Part shown: piece after piece, positions 25,287 through 38,593 of the stretch | Layout: each line of letters opens with the position of its first letter | Position numbering within the stretch: the first letter of the stretch is position 1 | From: Thelocarpon superellum | Lineage: Eukaryota | Direction of reading: 5' to 3' | DNA: 64,000 nucleotides | NCBI GenBank assembly: GCA_026025795.1 | Contig: JAPEUG010000030.1 | Location: 1 to 64,000, forward strand | Program-made: the position numbers and the translations under genes | Notes under the pieces: generated by a model | Told to the model about the DNA's origin: nothing | What the model saw: only the letters and a program-made list of their open reading frames with translations | Database searches by the model: none

Positions 25287-27240
25287 ATGAAGCTCTTTCC
25301 AGGTATGATGCATCGTTGCGGTGGTCCACCCGTGTGTCGTGATCTCACTGACAGGCGTGCGTCAGACGTCTTGTTGGCCCTGTCCCTTCCCGGTCTGGTC
25401 TTGCTCTACCTCTATCTGGCACCCTACTCCAAGGTCGAGGAGTCCTTCAACCTCCAAGCCACCCATGACATCCTGACATATGGTGTCCCTACCGATGACG
25501 AGAGGGAGCTATTCCTGAAGGCCAAGTATGATCACTTCACCTTCCCGGGGGCGGTGCCCCGGACGTTCGTGGGAGCCTTGATCTTGGCCGCCTTTTCCAA
25601 GCCGGGGATCTGGCTGGGCCTGGACCGGCAATTGGTTGGTGAGTCTTCTCGGCAAGAAACCGAAATGGACCTGAGACCCATCGCTGACCGGTCCGCAGTA
25701 CGCGGGGTGCTTGGCCTCCTGAATAGCTTTGCCCTGGTGGCATATGGCAGGAGTGTCACGAAGGCGTTTGGACTGGGGACAGGACGGTGGTATCTGGCGT
25801 TGCAAGTGTGTCAATTCCATGTGACTTACTACGCCTCTCGTACGCTCCCAAATATGTATGCGTTTGGGATATGTGAGTGGAAGAGTGCCCACCGGGAGCG
25901 CATGCCACCGCTGACTTTGTAAAGGTACCCTGGCGTTGGCTGGACTGCTACCAGCTCCTCCCTCCTCCACCAAGTCGGCAATAAGACAACGAAGATTATC
26001 GCTCTACCTGATGACGCTTGCTGGAGTCATCTTCCGCTCGGAGATTGCCATTCTTCTTGCGGCGCAGGTCGGCTATCTCTTCGTACGACGACGGATGTCC
26101 TTGCTTGGAGAAGTGATCCCCGCCGGACTCAGCGGTGCCTTGATTGGTCTCTTGATCACTGTCCCAATTGACTCGTTCTTCTGGCAGAAGTTCCCGCTAT
26201 GGCCAGAACTGGCTGGGCTGTACTTCAATGTGGTGGAGGGCAAGTCCACCGAATGGGGCACTAGTCCCTGGTGGTTTTACTTTCTGGATGCCCTGCCACG
26301 CCTGCTCCTGAACCCGCTCAGCTGGGCGCTGTGCATTCCACTGGCACTAGCCACGCCCGCAACACGGAGACCCAGCGCCGACATCCTCGTGCCCCTCCTT
26401 GTCTTCATCGGCATCTACAGCATCCAGCCACACAAAGAATGGCGCTTCATCATCTACGCCGTCCCGGGACTCACCAGCGTGGCCGCGATGGGCGCGAACT
26501 GGATCTGGACGCGGCGCGCAAAGTCGCTGCTCTATGCCGCCCTGTCCCTCATGCTCGTCGCCTCTGTCATCGCCTCGTGCGGCGCCAGCCTGGGAATGCT
26601 ATTCATCTCACGCCTCAACTACCCTGGTGCCGAGGCGCTCACGCAGCTACACAAACTCATCCCAACTCTCCCGCCTCCATCGCGCCCAAACCCCCCACAG
26701 CACTCGCAACCCATCATCCGCATCCACATGGACGGCTTGACTTGCTCGACGGGGGTGACGCGGTTTCTTGAGATGCCGCCTCCGTCCGACCTCCTGCGGG
26801 AGAACAACGACCCATTGTCCTCCGACCCCCCCCCTTCCTCTTTGATGAGCAGCAGCTTCACGAACGAGACGCGCACCACGCTGTACATCTACGACAAGAC
26901 AGAAGACGAGGCGACGCTCCTCACGCCATCCTTCTGGCATCAATTCGACTACGTGCTGGCTGAGGACCCGGGGAAGGTCATTGGACGATGGAACGTTGTG
27001 AGGGAAGTGATGGGGTATGCCGGGGTGGAGCTGTCTCGGGAGAAGACCTCTGCAGCAGACACTCAAGATAAGGGAGCGACAGAGGGCCCCGGTGGGATAG
27101 AGACGGCATATGAGCCTTTGGCCGCTCTCGTGAGAACACACCTAACGAGAGGGTGGTGGCTCCGCGTCAAGATGGAGCCGAGACTGCGTATCTTGCGCCG
27201 CGCGGAAGACGAGGGTGATGACGGGGGCTCTAGTGGTTAG
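25287..27240 (+). CDS. ALG12: Dol-P-Man alpha-1,6-mannosyltransferase Alg12 (GT22; 3 introns)
   Basis: APYSKVEESFNLQATHD, YDHFTFPGAVPRTFVG, YYASRTLPNMYA, IFRSE, WGTSPW, QPHKEWRFIIY, NYPGAEAL, TGVTRF. Confidence 0.93.
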
Positions 27241-27412
27241 GGTGTGAATGGGGGGTACCTGTCATTGTACCGCGCGAAGGAACTGGATTGTATTGGCCTA
27301 CGCTGGAACTGTATGGTTAGGGGGTATGGAGCAGATTGAAAAACGACCATTTTCTCCTCACTGGACTCTGTACCCTGTACGCTCGAGTGGTAGAAGGCAG
27401 CTCACGCACCCC

Positions 27413-28959
27413 TCAACTCAGCGCGCGCACCCTCTCCTCCAGCGCGTTCAAAGCGTTTTCCAGCCCCTTCACATTACTCCTCAAGACGTCCTCGCCATTT
27501 CTGACGCCGCGTTCGACCTTTTCCAGTCCCGCGCGCCACATGCGCACCTCGGCGTCGACGTCGGCCTGCTTCGCCTCCAGACGGTGCAGCGTGCTGCTCG
27601 CGGTGCCCGCGTCGGCGTGAATAAGGCGGAGAGAGCGCAGGCGCTCGAGAATGACGGGCAGAGTGGGCGACAGGTCTTCGATTGTGGACAGGGCACCGTA
27701 GAGCGCGTTGATTTTCGTGAGGCGCGCTGTGTCTCCCGCCAAGGAGGACGACGAGGGGTGGACGTCGCTAGGAGGAGGAGGAAGAGGAGCCCTGGGAGCG
27801 CCGGGTTTGGTGCTGCTGAGCGTAGACGACGACGACGGAGACCGCTGTTCTTCAAGCTTGTCCGTTTCCTGCGCCAGTTGGCGGACACGGCGGCTGAGAT
27901 TATCGAGCGGTGTGTCGGCGAGGAGGGAGATTTGCTTTTCCAGCGTCGTGAGGCTCTGCAGGATGGGTTTCGAGACCGGCCCGGCCGGGTTGGAGTGCGG
28001 GTTCGTGAGCGAGTCCGGGGATGATGCCAGCCCGAGCATGTTCTCTAAGAGCGTTAGACGCGCATCGAATGACGCCGCCTTTGCCAGAGCTTGCGTGGGC
28101 GTGTATGTTGGTGGTGTGGATAGCGGCATGCTTGCCGTCTGGGTTGTGAAGCATGTCAGTGTGAGGCTTCAAGAGAGGGCGTCACGTTGTATGTACCTGG
28201 CTGATGGACGGTGTGTGGGCCACCCCCGGAGCAGTTCCGGCCTCATCCAGCTTCTGCCTTTGGTGGAGCTGCTTTTCCAGCTCTACCGTCGCACTCGAAT
28301 CCAATCCTTCAGACATCTTGCGCGTCTCCTCCATCATCCGGCACAGCGAGGTAATCTCCACTTCGTCGTCCCCTCCACCGTCCTCTTCCTCCGCGTTGTC
28401 TACCTGCCTGGCTGCCTCTTCTTTCCGCCGTCGCACCTCTTCCATCGCGTCTTTCATCTCCCGTCGTAACCTCGACAGCTTGTGCGACAACGGCTCGTCC
28501 TCTTCGTCGCTGAAATCTCCCAGCTCCGCCCCTTCGTCTTCCGTTCCATGGCCTCGCCGTAGACGCCGCCATGACGCCCGGTACGAGCGTCGCTGACTGT
28601 CGATCCGGTCTGAAAAGTCGACGTCCCGCGCGTCGACCTTGGCGGGCTTGAAGTGCGTCCGGGCTTTTGACGGCTGTAGGTGGCGTCGCGAGATGTTCGT
28701 GTCGGAGTCTTCAGAGGGAGAGGGGGAACGACCGGTCGTCGAAGCCTGGATGTATCTATTAGCATGGACTTTCTTGCATTCGAGGCACATAAGCTTACGG
28801 CCACGGTGGAGCCATCGAGCGTGGCGTCGTTGGTCTCGTAGATGTCGGGTGCTGAGTCCTGCAGATGAATTGGTCAACGTTGTTCCCACGACGTCCCAGC
28901 ACAAGCTGAAAGCCTCTTACAAGGTCCGGGAGTCCGGCGTACTTCCGACTCTGGGCCAT
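27413..28959 (-). CDS. DCTN2: Dynactin subunit 2 (dynamitin/p50); introns 28859-28920, 28746-28798, 28139-28196
   Basis: N-terminus KYAGLPDLDSAPDIYET resembles the dynamitin start; VDFSDRI; coiled coils; LPVILERLRSLRLIH; C-terminal LEERVRAL. Confidence 0.85.
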
Positions 28960-29398
28960 TGCAGCGGCGGCTCGTCGTCGAATGCTTCCAGGAGCCACAA
29001 GTTGGTCGTTGACCGACTCAACGTGTGGTCTGACCTGCCATGCTAGCTGCCGACGAGGATCAAACTTGGACGTCACTACTGAGCATCGCCTGCGTGCACC
29101 GTCTTGCCCAGGTTGGTCGCTCCACGTCACGTTGCTCAAAGCATCTTGCATACGCTACATCTGCCTCTAAGTCACTCACGCAAATAGATTACAAAGAGAG
29201 CCCTGGTCGATGGTTCGTGCCATCGATCAGGCCGGACGACTATGGTAAGGGCAGCTCGCGTTGCTACAGCATTCACCTTCCACCCCTCGCCCCGTCATCG
29301 CCTCCGCTCCGATGGACTCTCCAGCCGCTCGTACGTTCGAGTCACGGTGGATCGTAACCTGGTACGTGGTCCACTCCGGGTCGCTCGTCATCTGCACC

Positions 29399-31352
29399 CT
29401 ACTCCGCCGCGTGAGATCGAGTCGTTCGCTTCTGTGCCTCACTCTTGACCGTCTCGGCACCCGTCGACGCGGCTTCGGCCACCTTATCCTTGACGTCTTT
29501 GGCTTTGTCTGCCGCCTTCTTGACTGGAGCCGGCGTGCCGGAGCCCGTGAGGCCAAGGACTCCGACGAGCAGGGCAAGCAGGGTGACCACCAGTACCGCG
29601 ATACCACCAGCGACCTCCGGAACAAACTTGACGGCTTCCAAGGGGTCGTTCTTGGCAATGGTAAGGAAGAGATCCCACTTCTCGAGGACATAGTGCACGG
29701 GATCGTCCATGAAGTTGAGGTCCAACGGGGACTTGGGCCGCTCGGGAACCTTCGGCGTAGATACCTTCTCGTCTTCCTTCTCGATTGGCAGCTTGATGTC
29801 AAAGGTCTCGGCTTGGAGCTTTTCCGCATCCTCGATGGAGTGACCGAGATAGATGTTGTCGAACAGGATGTCGCTCTGCATCGTCCAGATCTCGAAGCCA
29901 ATCTGCAGGGACCACCGTCAGCCAGGATCTTCGACGGCCACTTCGACAACACTCACCGCGCCCATGGGCTCAAAGTTGGCCGGGGTCTTGTCATCGTAGA
30001 AGGCTGGGTTCGCAATCTTTCGCGGTGCCCACACCCCCTTGTAGGCCGGATTGTCGATGAGCTCGGCGACCCACTTGCCCTTGTACTCTGGATTCTTCTT
30101 CATCGGCTGCTCCCACTTGCCGCAACCCGAGACATCGTCGCACTTGGGGTTGGGCACCGTCGGTGGGATCCAATCGCCGTCCTCCTCATCATCCCAGTCC
30201 TCAGGCTTCTCGGCCTCGGGGTCGGGAATGGTGTTGGCTTCGTCGTCCAGCCAATCGGCCGGCTTCTCCGCCTCCACGTCGACAATCTCAAATGGAGCCT
30301 CCTCGTCCCAATCCTCGGGCTTAGTGGCCGAGGGATCGGGAATCTTGGCCTCCTCCACCCAGTCATCGGGCTTCTTGTCCTTGGGGTCATCAATCTCCTT
30401 GGGCGGGTTGACCGAGGGCGTGAAGTCGTCATGAAGCGTTCCGTTCTTGGCGCTCTCGCCGTTGATCCGAATCTCAAAGCTTTGGTCGGGCTTCACAATC
30501 AGGGTGTACAAGGTTGTCGTCTTGGTGATGCGTGCCGTCGGGGGAGCCGTGAGATGCTTCTCCTCATACTCGCCAGTCTTGGGGTTCTTGTGCTGAAAGA
30601 TGAAATGAACCTGGCCCAATCCATCAGTCATCAGGATCGGCCCAGGTGGTCGACCCTCCTACCTTGTTGGTCATGCCACATTTGTCCGGTCCAAACATGA
30701 TCACATAGGGCGACGCGTTGGAGAACTGCTCGGCGTGGAGCGCCTTGTTCTCCTTGAGGAGCTTAAGATACGCGCCACCACATTCCAGTCCATCTAGCCA
30801 TCAGGTGAGTGGGAGCCGTGCCGGCCAGAACAGGAGCACGTACTTTGCAGCTTGACCTCGTATTGAACCACCAAGGTTTTGCCCTTGTTGTCGATCTTTT
30901 TAGGAAACTTGGCGGAGATGGCATGATGCTTCGCCGCATTCTTCACGACAAGACCTTCGTCGCCATCGATGCCCTTGAAGACGTGGGGCTCCTCGACGGA
31001 CCACGTGCCGTCGTACGCCCACTCCTCCTCGGCCTTGTCGCTGCTTTGGTCCAGTTCCTTCTTGGCGTGCGACGGCGCCCATCGAGACTCCCAACCCTCG
31101 GTGAACTGTTCGAAAAAGGGAGCTTTGAAGGTGGACGGCTGGCGGGACATAGTGTTAGCCGGCGACGCAGGGATTGGCGCATGGAGCACCACGTACCGTG
31201 AACGTCGGTCGCTCAATGCTCGTCGAAGTCGAGGTCGATGAGGTTACCGACGACGAAGCGGCTTCGGCCGCGTCGGCCTCCTCTGCGCGCACATGGCCCA
31301 AGAGCGTGGCCGAAGAGACCAGGGTCGAAGCGACGAGAGCGTTGAGACGCAT
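29399..31352 (-). CDS. CNE1: Calnexin (multi-exon)
   Basis: Signal peptide, [38 protein letters not shown]-domain repeats DPxxxKPx[10 protein letters not shown], one TM helix, basic cytosolic tail. Confidence 0.95.
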
Positions 31353-32004
31353 CGTGGATGTCGCGAGGGCACGCAGATGGGGAGGGTAGAAGAGGAAGAG
31401 GGGAAGAAATAAATGCGCAAGGGGGGAGCACAGGACCACAACACCTTGAGCCTCACTCGGAGATGACGGCAGGAAAGTTTGGTGGTGGATGGGATGTGGT
31501 GGTGGGTGGGAATATTTAAGAGGCCGACGGGAGTGGCCTGGCGGGGAAAAGGACACTTTGCGAAAATGGTAGAATCTGGTCGTACAGGCCTCACGAGTGA
31601 AGCTCGGGCCCGTGCATGAGCGCCCAGCTGCCGCGCATTATTTACGGAGGCGCTCCACGCTTAATTCCTTTCTGTACGAAGTACCAGTTGCTGGAGCCTC
31701 GCTAAGTCCACCGGCGTCCACCGGCGCCCATTGTCTTCAATAATGGCCGGGACCAAAGCCAAAGTACGGGAGTACCAGCTCCCTGACCAATCAGCATCAC
31801 GAGCTCTCCTATCCGCCTGACCCCACGTGTCAAAAGTAGAAAAGAACGCAGGACCTGCCATGAACACCTTCAATTCAGCTGGCGACTTGACATCTTTTCT
31901 CCTGATCGACAGTGCCTCCACCTCCGATAGACCCTCGTCCGTATTATTCGCCCTGGCTGATGTTGCCCGTGTTGGCCGAACCGCAGCCCCGCACGTAGCA
32001 AGGC

Positions 32005-33034
32005 ATGGCGCAGCCCGCGGATGATGTCTCGGCGAGACCGCCCTCTGATTCCGGCGTCCATGATCACCTCATTCGGTCAGACGATGCGCACCATCCAGCC
32101 AACCTCATCTGCGAGCTGTGCCGCAAGTTCTACTCGCTAGGATGGGTACGAGCGGCCTCCCTTGACGTAGCGATCATAAGGCCACCGCCGAGGATGGGAG
32201 CTGACGAGACAACAAGGTCACGGGTACAGGCGGCGGCACCAGCATTCGCAAGGAGTGCGTGTCTCCAGCCCTTTGGTCTGGCCCGGTCGCTGATGCTCCT
32301 CCTCGCTCAGTCATCACATTTTCATTGCACCCTCGGGGGTCCAGAAGGAGCTGATGCAGCCACACGATATATTCGTAATGGACTATCCTAGCCGTGCCTA
32401 CTTGCGTCGACCCCAGGTGCTCAAGCCGTCAGCGTGTACGCCCCTCTTTCTTGCGGCCTTCGATCGCGGGGCGGGCTGTTGCATTCACACTCACAGCCAA
32501 TGGGCGGTGCTCGTGACCCTGCTAGTGGAGCGCGAAAGCGGGCCGGATGCTGCCTTTGAGATCAGCAACATTGAGCAGATCAAGGGTATCCCCAAGGGCA
32601 AGGAGCAACCGGGCTACTTGGGCTTCTTTGACACGCTGAAGATTCCCATCATCGAGAACACTGCACAGTAAGCCGTTCGGTCTGTCCGGACAATGGTAGC
32701 CGAGTCACTGAGGATGCCGTAGAGAAGAAAACTTGACCGACTCGCTGGAGCGCGCAATGGACAGGTTCCCCGACACTTATGCCGTGCTAGTCCGACGGCA
32801 TGGCATGTAAGGTGCCCCCAATCGCGTCCGGAGAAGGCCCTGCTCATCGGCGTAGTTATGTCTGGGGCGATAACGTCCACAAGGCCAAAACTCAGGCGGA
32901 GAGGTAGGTGCACAGTCTCACCACCACCGCGTGCGACCGCTGATACGTCTCACAGCCTCGACTACCTTTTCCAATTAGCTGTCCAGATGAAGAAACTCGG
33001 ACTGCCGTGGACGCCCTCGCAGCAGGTACCATGA
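32005..33034 (+). CDS. MDE1: Methylthioribulose-1-phosphate dehydratase (methionine salvage; 5 introns)
   Basis: Spliced [61 protein letters not shown]. Confidence 0.95.
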
Positions 33035-33189
33035 CATTCAATTAAAGTACCAGATTCCGGGCCATGACTATTCACGCCTCGGATGCTGTCGATACACGGC
33101 CCGAGTGAAGAGAATTACAACCACCCCTGCTTTTGTCCATCCACCTCTCCCTCAACAGTATTTGCTGCAAGTCCGGCGTAGTGGCTGGC

Positions 33190-33933
33190 TCACAAGGCCA
33201 GAATTGCGGCGACGATGCCGACCGCTCCCGCAACGGAACCGCCCACATTCACCGCGCCGGCCCCGCTCTTACTCGTGGTCGTAGCCGCAGTGGCAGTGGA
33301 AGTGCTGGTCGCCGTGCCGGTCGAAGTTGCAGAAGAGGTGATCGTGCCCGTGTTGCTGGCAGTTCCTAGGACAGCGTGAGCGGAAATGTCAGACGTGAAG
33401 GGCACAGGAAATCTCACCAGTTGAGGATGCGGTCCCAGATGACGAGCCCGACCCGGTAGTGGTGGTACCCGCACCCGTCGTAGTAGCACCCGGAGCGCCG
33501 GTCGAAGCCGTCGTCTCCGTCGTCGGCAGGCTCGTGAAGGAGAAGAAGGAGCTGATGCAGGCCGAGAGGCAGTTGCCGTACGCCACATTGTCTGCCGACG
33601 AGCCGTCACCCTGAACACACTGTTTGGCGCAGTCGGTGGTCTGGTTGGCCGGCACGTCATTTGGGTTGGCAGCCGGCCCAACGAGACAAGCCGAACGGCA
33701 GGTGTTGTCCGTAGGATTGCCTATCGAAAAGACTCCGGTTAGCTGTTGCCACCAATGAGGTGGTCGAGGCCCTGCTGGCACTTACAGCTAGCCAAGCAGC
33801 CAGCCTGCGAGATCTGAGCGGGCGTGCCCGAGAAGGTGGCCGTGGCAGTATCCGCGGCCGAGTCCTGAGGAGCGGCCCGCGCGGCCACAAGGGCCAGGAG
33901 GGCGGAGAAGACAACGGCGCCGGAGAGCTTCAT
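33190..33933 (-). CDS. GPI-anchored Ser/Thr-rich cell-surface protein with four CX3C motifs (introns 33721-33785, 33366-33417; about 208 aa)
   Basis: Signal peptide; CLASC, CRSAC, CAKQC, CLSAC; Thr/Ser/Gly-rich stalk; omega-like SGAG followed by hydrophobic C-terminus VAGAVGIVAAILAL. Confidence 0.88.
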
Positions 33934-34974
33934 GGTGAAGGAGGTAATGGTACGGGGTGATTACTGTCGCGAATGGCCTGGAAGAAGCGGTGGGCAGGTG
34001 GAAGCAGAGCACCAACGATTGACTGAGTGAGCAAGGTGCAAGCGGAAGAAGTTTGCAAATCTGGAAGAGAGGGAAGGAGGAGAGATAAACGCGCTGGATC
34101 TGGGACAGCTGGAGCGCGAACGGCCAGCACCGGGTCGGTGAAACAACGAACCCATGGAGCCCAGGTAACTAAATTCAAGGTCGCCTTCAATTCCGAGCTG
34201 CGACCAGGCCCCGCTAGCGCTGCTACCTTGGCCCGTCCACCTATCGGAGTCGGGCATATCCCGCGACCCGAGTAACGATTGTCAGGGGAACATGAGGTAT
34301 GCCGCCGCACCCCGGTCGTGTGGAGACAGCGTCGCGTTCTCCGCATTGGCATCGCGCCCACCTCGCGCCTTAGCCGGGGAGTGGCTCTAGATCAACAGGC
34401 TGCAGTTAATGTCGGCTCATGTGGACCGGCCCGTAGACCAACCGTCAGCTGCCAGCTGGGAGCCTTTCTGCACGGACAAGTAAATTACACTCGATGTGCT
34501 CTGTACAGCTACGAGTACAGGTACAAGGTATGGGGAGGTACCTGTACCTACGGACACCGAAGGTGAGGTCGTTCGATTTGCTCTGGATTCTAACGCGGGC
34601 TTTCGAGACGGCGTCGGCCCCACCGGGACCTTGGGGTTGGAACAATTCCTTCTTGTCGGGGTCCCCGTCCTATACTTAGACCGCCGTGAGCGAGGACGAG
34701 TAGATTTAGGATTCGCCAGAGCTCCGGCACTGAAGAAAAATCCAGCTGGAAGGGACTTAACGACCAATAATGTAGAGGATCATGATGCAACGCAGTGCGC
34801 AGATGCGTCAGTAACTTACCATTGCCTTACCTTCCTGGAAGGAGATTGGCGACTGTAACTTGTTGATCGACCTCGTAGCCTTAAAGATGTCAGGCCTCGT
34901 CTGACGAAACTGACTTTGTGCGAGGTACCCAGGTGTCAAGTGCGAGAGGAGTGGCGGCCAGGTTGTTTTCTCGT

Positions 34975-35012
34975 CGCGGCCGGCGCGTTTCCCCGATCGC
35001 GCAGACGCGATG
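34975..35012. promoter_or_regulatory. Cluster of CGCG/ACGCG (MCB-like) elements upstream of MPH1
   Basis: tcgcgg, gcgcgttt, tcgcgc and gacgcga lie about 100-140 nt before the ATG. Plausible for a DNA-repair gene, but CGCG is frequent at this GC content. Confidence 0.3.
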
Positions 35013-35113
35013 ACATCGAGCATAAGCGATCGCCTCAACTAACCCCAAACCACTGTACCATCCATGGCATCCACGGCGCTGAACCATCATATCACTCCTC
35101 GCGCCACCACGCC

Positions 35114-38100
35114 ATGGACGAGGCTGACGATGATGATTTCGGAGGATCGGAATGGCCCGATGATGACCTGCTCCTTGTTGCCTCTCAAATCGAAGGTTCT
35201 CACGGAACGGCTCCGCCGCCTTCCAAACGCCAGTGTCTCAGTCCACCTGGCGGTCGTGGCGATACGGGTATCTTGAGCACCTCATTGACGCGTGATGTCG
35301 CCGACCAATTGTCAGACGAATCGGATGAATTCGACCCCCCAACACACCCCATCCGGTCTGGACCATCGCTCAGCGATCGGAGGCCACATGCCGACACCGC
35401 GCTGGACTTGGATGGCGCTTGGTCGCAGCCATCGCAACCGCCGGCGCGCGGACAATCTGGGCCAGGTCCATCAGGCCTGCGCCAGACGACTTTGCTAGGG
35501 GGAACTGTGCGGACGCTTGGTAGCACGCGGCAGCCCGATCAGCGCCATACTTTCACCGTGGCCAAGGGGCAAGAAGCGCCGACGCATCACAAGTTGGACG
35601 ACGAAGCGGTGAAGACCTGGGTCTACCCCACAAACCTAGGGACCATCCGAGACTATCAATACAATGTGGTGCAGCGAGGCCTGTTCCACAACCTCCTGGT
35701 CGCACTTCCCACCGGTCTGGGCAAAACCTTCATCGCCGCCACCATCATGCTGAACTGGTTCCGATGGACCAAGGATGCACAGATTGTCTTCGTGGCACCT
35801 ACCAAGCCCTTGGTCGCTCAGCAAGTCGACGCCTGCTTTGGCATCGTCGGCATCCCACGCTCCCAGACGACCATGCTCACGGGCGGCATCTCGCCAGGTC
35901 TTCGTGCCGAAGCATGGGCCAGCAAACGCGTCTTCTTCATGACCCCGCAGACGATGATCAACGATCTCAAGTCGGGCATCTGCGACCCCAAGAGGATAGT
36001 GTGTCTTGTGGTCGACGAGGCACATCGAGCCACGGGCAACTACGCCTACGTCGAGGTCGTCAAATTCATTCGTCGCTTCAATCAGAGCCTTCGCGTCCTA
36101 GCCTTGACGGCCACGCCCGGGTCGTCAGTGGAGGCTGTCCAGGAAGTGATCGATGGTCTCGGAGTCGCCAAGGTGGAAATCCGCACGGAGGAGTCCCTGG
36201 ATATTCGGCAATACATTCAGCGTCGTCGGGTGGAGATGGTCATCTTCGATCCGTCGGAAGAGATTGTGGAGATGAAGACCCTCTTCTCCAAAGCGCTGCA
36301 GCCCGTGCTGGAGAAGCTGAATCGAGCCAACGCGTACTGGGCGAAGGACCCTATGATGTTGACGGCGTATGGCCTGACCCAAGCACGGAGCCAGTGGATG
36401 AACTCCGAGGCTGGTCGCAATGCGAACATGGGCCTCAGGGGCATGATGAATACGATTTTCGTTCTCCTGGCCAGTCTCGCGCATAGCATCACCCTCCTGA
36501 ACTACCATGGTATCGGTCCCTTCTACCACAATGTCCTCGCCTTTCGCGGCGAAGTCGAGGCAGGCGGCGAGAAGGGGAGCAAGTATCGCCGGCAGATCGT
36601 GAAGAGCCCAGACTTTCAGAAGCTCATGAGCCGGGCTCAGCGGTGGATCAACGATCCCGAATTCATCGGACATCCCAAATTGGCCCACGTGCGACAAGTC
36701 GTCCTGAACCACTTCATGGACGCGGCCGATGGCCGCGGCGCTGCGGGCGGTGAACCACCCTCGGCCACGCGGATCATGATCTTTGTGCACTATCGCGACA
36801 GTGCCGAGGAGGTCGTACGCGTATTGAAGCGTAACGAGCCGATGATTCGGCCACACGCCTTCGTCGGCCAGGCGGGGGCCAAGGGCTCGGACGGGATGAA
36901 TCAGAAGACGCAGCTCGACGTGATCCAGAAATTTCAGCAGGGCGTGTACAACACTCTTGTGGCCACGTGCGTGGGCGAAGAAGGCCTGGACATTGGCGAG
37001 GTGGATCTCATCATTTGCTACGACTCCTCAGCCTCTCCGATCCGCATGCTGCAGCGCATGGGCCGGACGGGGCGCAAACGCGCCGGCAACATCGTTCTGC
37101 TCCTCATGCGCGGCAAGGAGGAAGACTCCTATCTGAAAGCCAAGGACGGCTACGAAAAGATGCAGCAAATGATTGCTGCCGGCACGCGATTCGCCTTTCA
37201 TGAGGACACTTCTCCCCGGATCTTGCCAGCTGAGGCCCAGCCGGTCGTGGACAAGCGCCTTATCGACATCCCGGTCGAGAACACACAGGCGGATCTCCCG
37301 GAGCCTCGACGGCGGGCCAGGGCACCCAAGCGTCCGGCGAAGAAGTTCCACATGCCCGACGGCGTGCGGACGGGGTTCGTGAAGGCATCACGGCTGCAGG
37401 GCTCGGAGAGCGAGGACGATGACGATGAAGACGACGCTGCTGCTTTCCATCAAGCATCGACGCCCGTTTTGGCATCCGTCCCTGCGCTTGATGACGTTCT
37501 TTTGACGAGCAAAGAGGAGAAAGAGCTTGCGCGAAGGTTCCAAAACGTCTATGGCGGGAACGGCGTACAATCCGTCTCGTTGCCTGCGTTGGATGCGTTT
37601 CCCGAGCGGCAGCGTCGCCTCGGCCGTGTGAGCACTGTGGCGCATGGCCGGATCACCAAGCGCGTGGTGAAGATGGTCAAGGACATGCGGGCGATGAACG
37701 ACGAGCGACTGCGTCAGCTTCAAGACCATTTACACCCAGACGATCAGCGGGACGAGACTCTGCGTCCGCTGCTGCCGAGCGCGGGTCAGTCGAGCCAATG
37801 GCAGCAAAGGAGACAGCCGGAGCTTAGTCCCTCTTCACCTCGCTCCCATGAATCTTCTTCGTCGAGGGTGGAGACAGATACATTGTTAGACGACAACGAC
37901 GACATGAATGGTTTTGTCGTTGATGACGACGCCACGCCCGACTCAGCTACTTCGCCCACCTCCTCACCTCTCTCCTTAGACCTTGGGCAAACGCGATTCT
38001 ATGTTTCTCCGAAGAAGCGACCATGGAATGATACGGACACGGAAGAAGACTTACCCGACGTCAGCGTTTTGGTCGAGCCACGGCCTCGTGCCCGCCGCGA

Positions 38101-38263
38101 CCGGATGGCAGGCATAAGCGAGGACGAGGACGAAGACGAGGATGAGTCCTCACCGCCTGCCCTGCGACGTGGTCGACGTGCTGTTGTTGACGAGAGCGAA
38201 GACGACGAAGAAGAAGAAGAAGCTGAGCTGCATGCACCCTTCTGGTCTACAAATGAAACGTGA
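35114..38263 (+). CDS. MPH1: ATP-dependent DNA helicase Mph1/FANCM (intronless)
   Basis: [64 protein letters not shown]. Likely start [10 protein letters not shown] at 35114. Confidence 0.95.
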   Translation: MDEADDDDFGGSEWPDDDLLLVASQIEGSHGTAPPPSKRQCLSPPGGRGDTGILSTSLTRDVADQLSDESDEFDPPTHPIRSGPSLSDRRPHADTALDLDGAWSQPSQPPARGQSGPGPSGLRQTTLLGGTVRTLGSTRQPDQRHTFTVAKGQEAPTHHKLDDEAVKTWVYPTNLGTIRDYQYNVVQRGLFHNLLVALPTGLGKTFIAATIMLNWFRWTKDAQIVFVAPTKPLVAQQVDACFGIVGIPRSQTTMLTGGISPGLRAEAWASKRVFFMTPQTMINDLKSGICDPKRIVCLVVDEAHRATGNYAYVEVVKFIRRFNQSLRVLALTATPGSSVEAVQEVIDGLGVAKVEIRTEESLDIRQYIQRRRVEMVIFDPSEEIVEMKTLFSKALQPVLEKLNRANAYWAKDPMMLTAYGLTQARSQWMNSEAGRNANMGLRGMMNTIFVLLASLAHSITLLNYHGIGPFYHNVLAFRGEVEAGGEKGSKYRRQIVKSPDFQKLMSRAQRWINDPEFIGHPKLAHVRQVVLNHFMDAADGRGAAGGEPPSATRIMIFVHYRDSAEEVVRVLKRNEPMIRPHAFVGQAGAKGSDGMNQKTQLDVIQKFQQGVYNTLVATCVGEEGLDIGEVDLIICYDSSASPIRMLQRMGRTGRKRAGNIVLLLMRGKEEDSYLKAKDGYEKMQQMIAAGTRFAFHEDTSPRILPAEAQPVVDKRLIDIPVENTQADLPEPRRRARAPKRPAKKFHMPDGVRTGFVKASRLQGSESEDDDDEDDAAAFHQASTPVLASVPALDDVLLTSKEEKELARRFQNVYGGNGVQSVSLPALDAFPERQRRLGRVSTVAHGRITKRVVKMVKDMRAMNDERLRQLQDHLHPDDQRDETLRPLLPSAGQSSQWQQRRQPELSPSSPRSHESSSSRVETDTLLDDNDDMNGFVVDDDATPDSATSPTSSPLSLDLGQTRFYVSPKKRPWNDTDTEEDLPDVSVLVEPRPRARRDRMAGISEDEDEDEDESSPPALRRGRRAVVDESEDDEEEEEAELHAPFWSTNET

Positions 38264-38593
38264 CTTGTTGGATGGGGCATGGTGATGAGCGTGCATTGGG
38301 TCGGCGCGCGGTGGACGACGGCAGTGTTTGAGGTTTGCCGTAGTAGGATCACGTATAGTCGACGAACATAAATCCCACACGCTTCAGTTTCCACCACAGG
38401 CATCGGAGATTGCCTCGCGCGACCAGTGCTCAATGACGCCTTGAGCTTCCTACGTCTGTCGTGCACCTTGTACTCTCGTCTCCGAGGCGTTGATGTTGTC
38501 CCCGCTGTGTCCGTTCGCCGCCGTGGATTGACCGTAGACCTGACAATCTGCCCCACCTTGCCCGCCGGTCGCCCCGCCGTACCGCTGACCAGC

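Noticed and set aside
30100..30420. Repeated DPxxxKPxDW units that resemble an array
   Set aside because: These are the normal calnexin P-domain repeats, not a CRISPR or DNA repeat.
29261..30700. 479-aa plus-strand ORF
   Set aside because: Antisense shadow of calnexin; starts at a non-ATG codon and has no recognisable motifs.
34916..35113. 66-aa N-terminal extension of MPH1 in the ORF track
   Set aside because: Begins at TTG and looks like promoter or UTR; the first in-frame ATG is at 35114.
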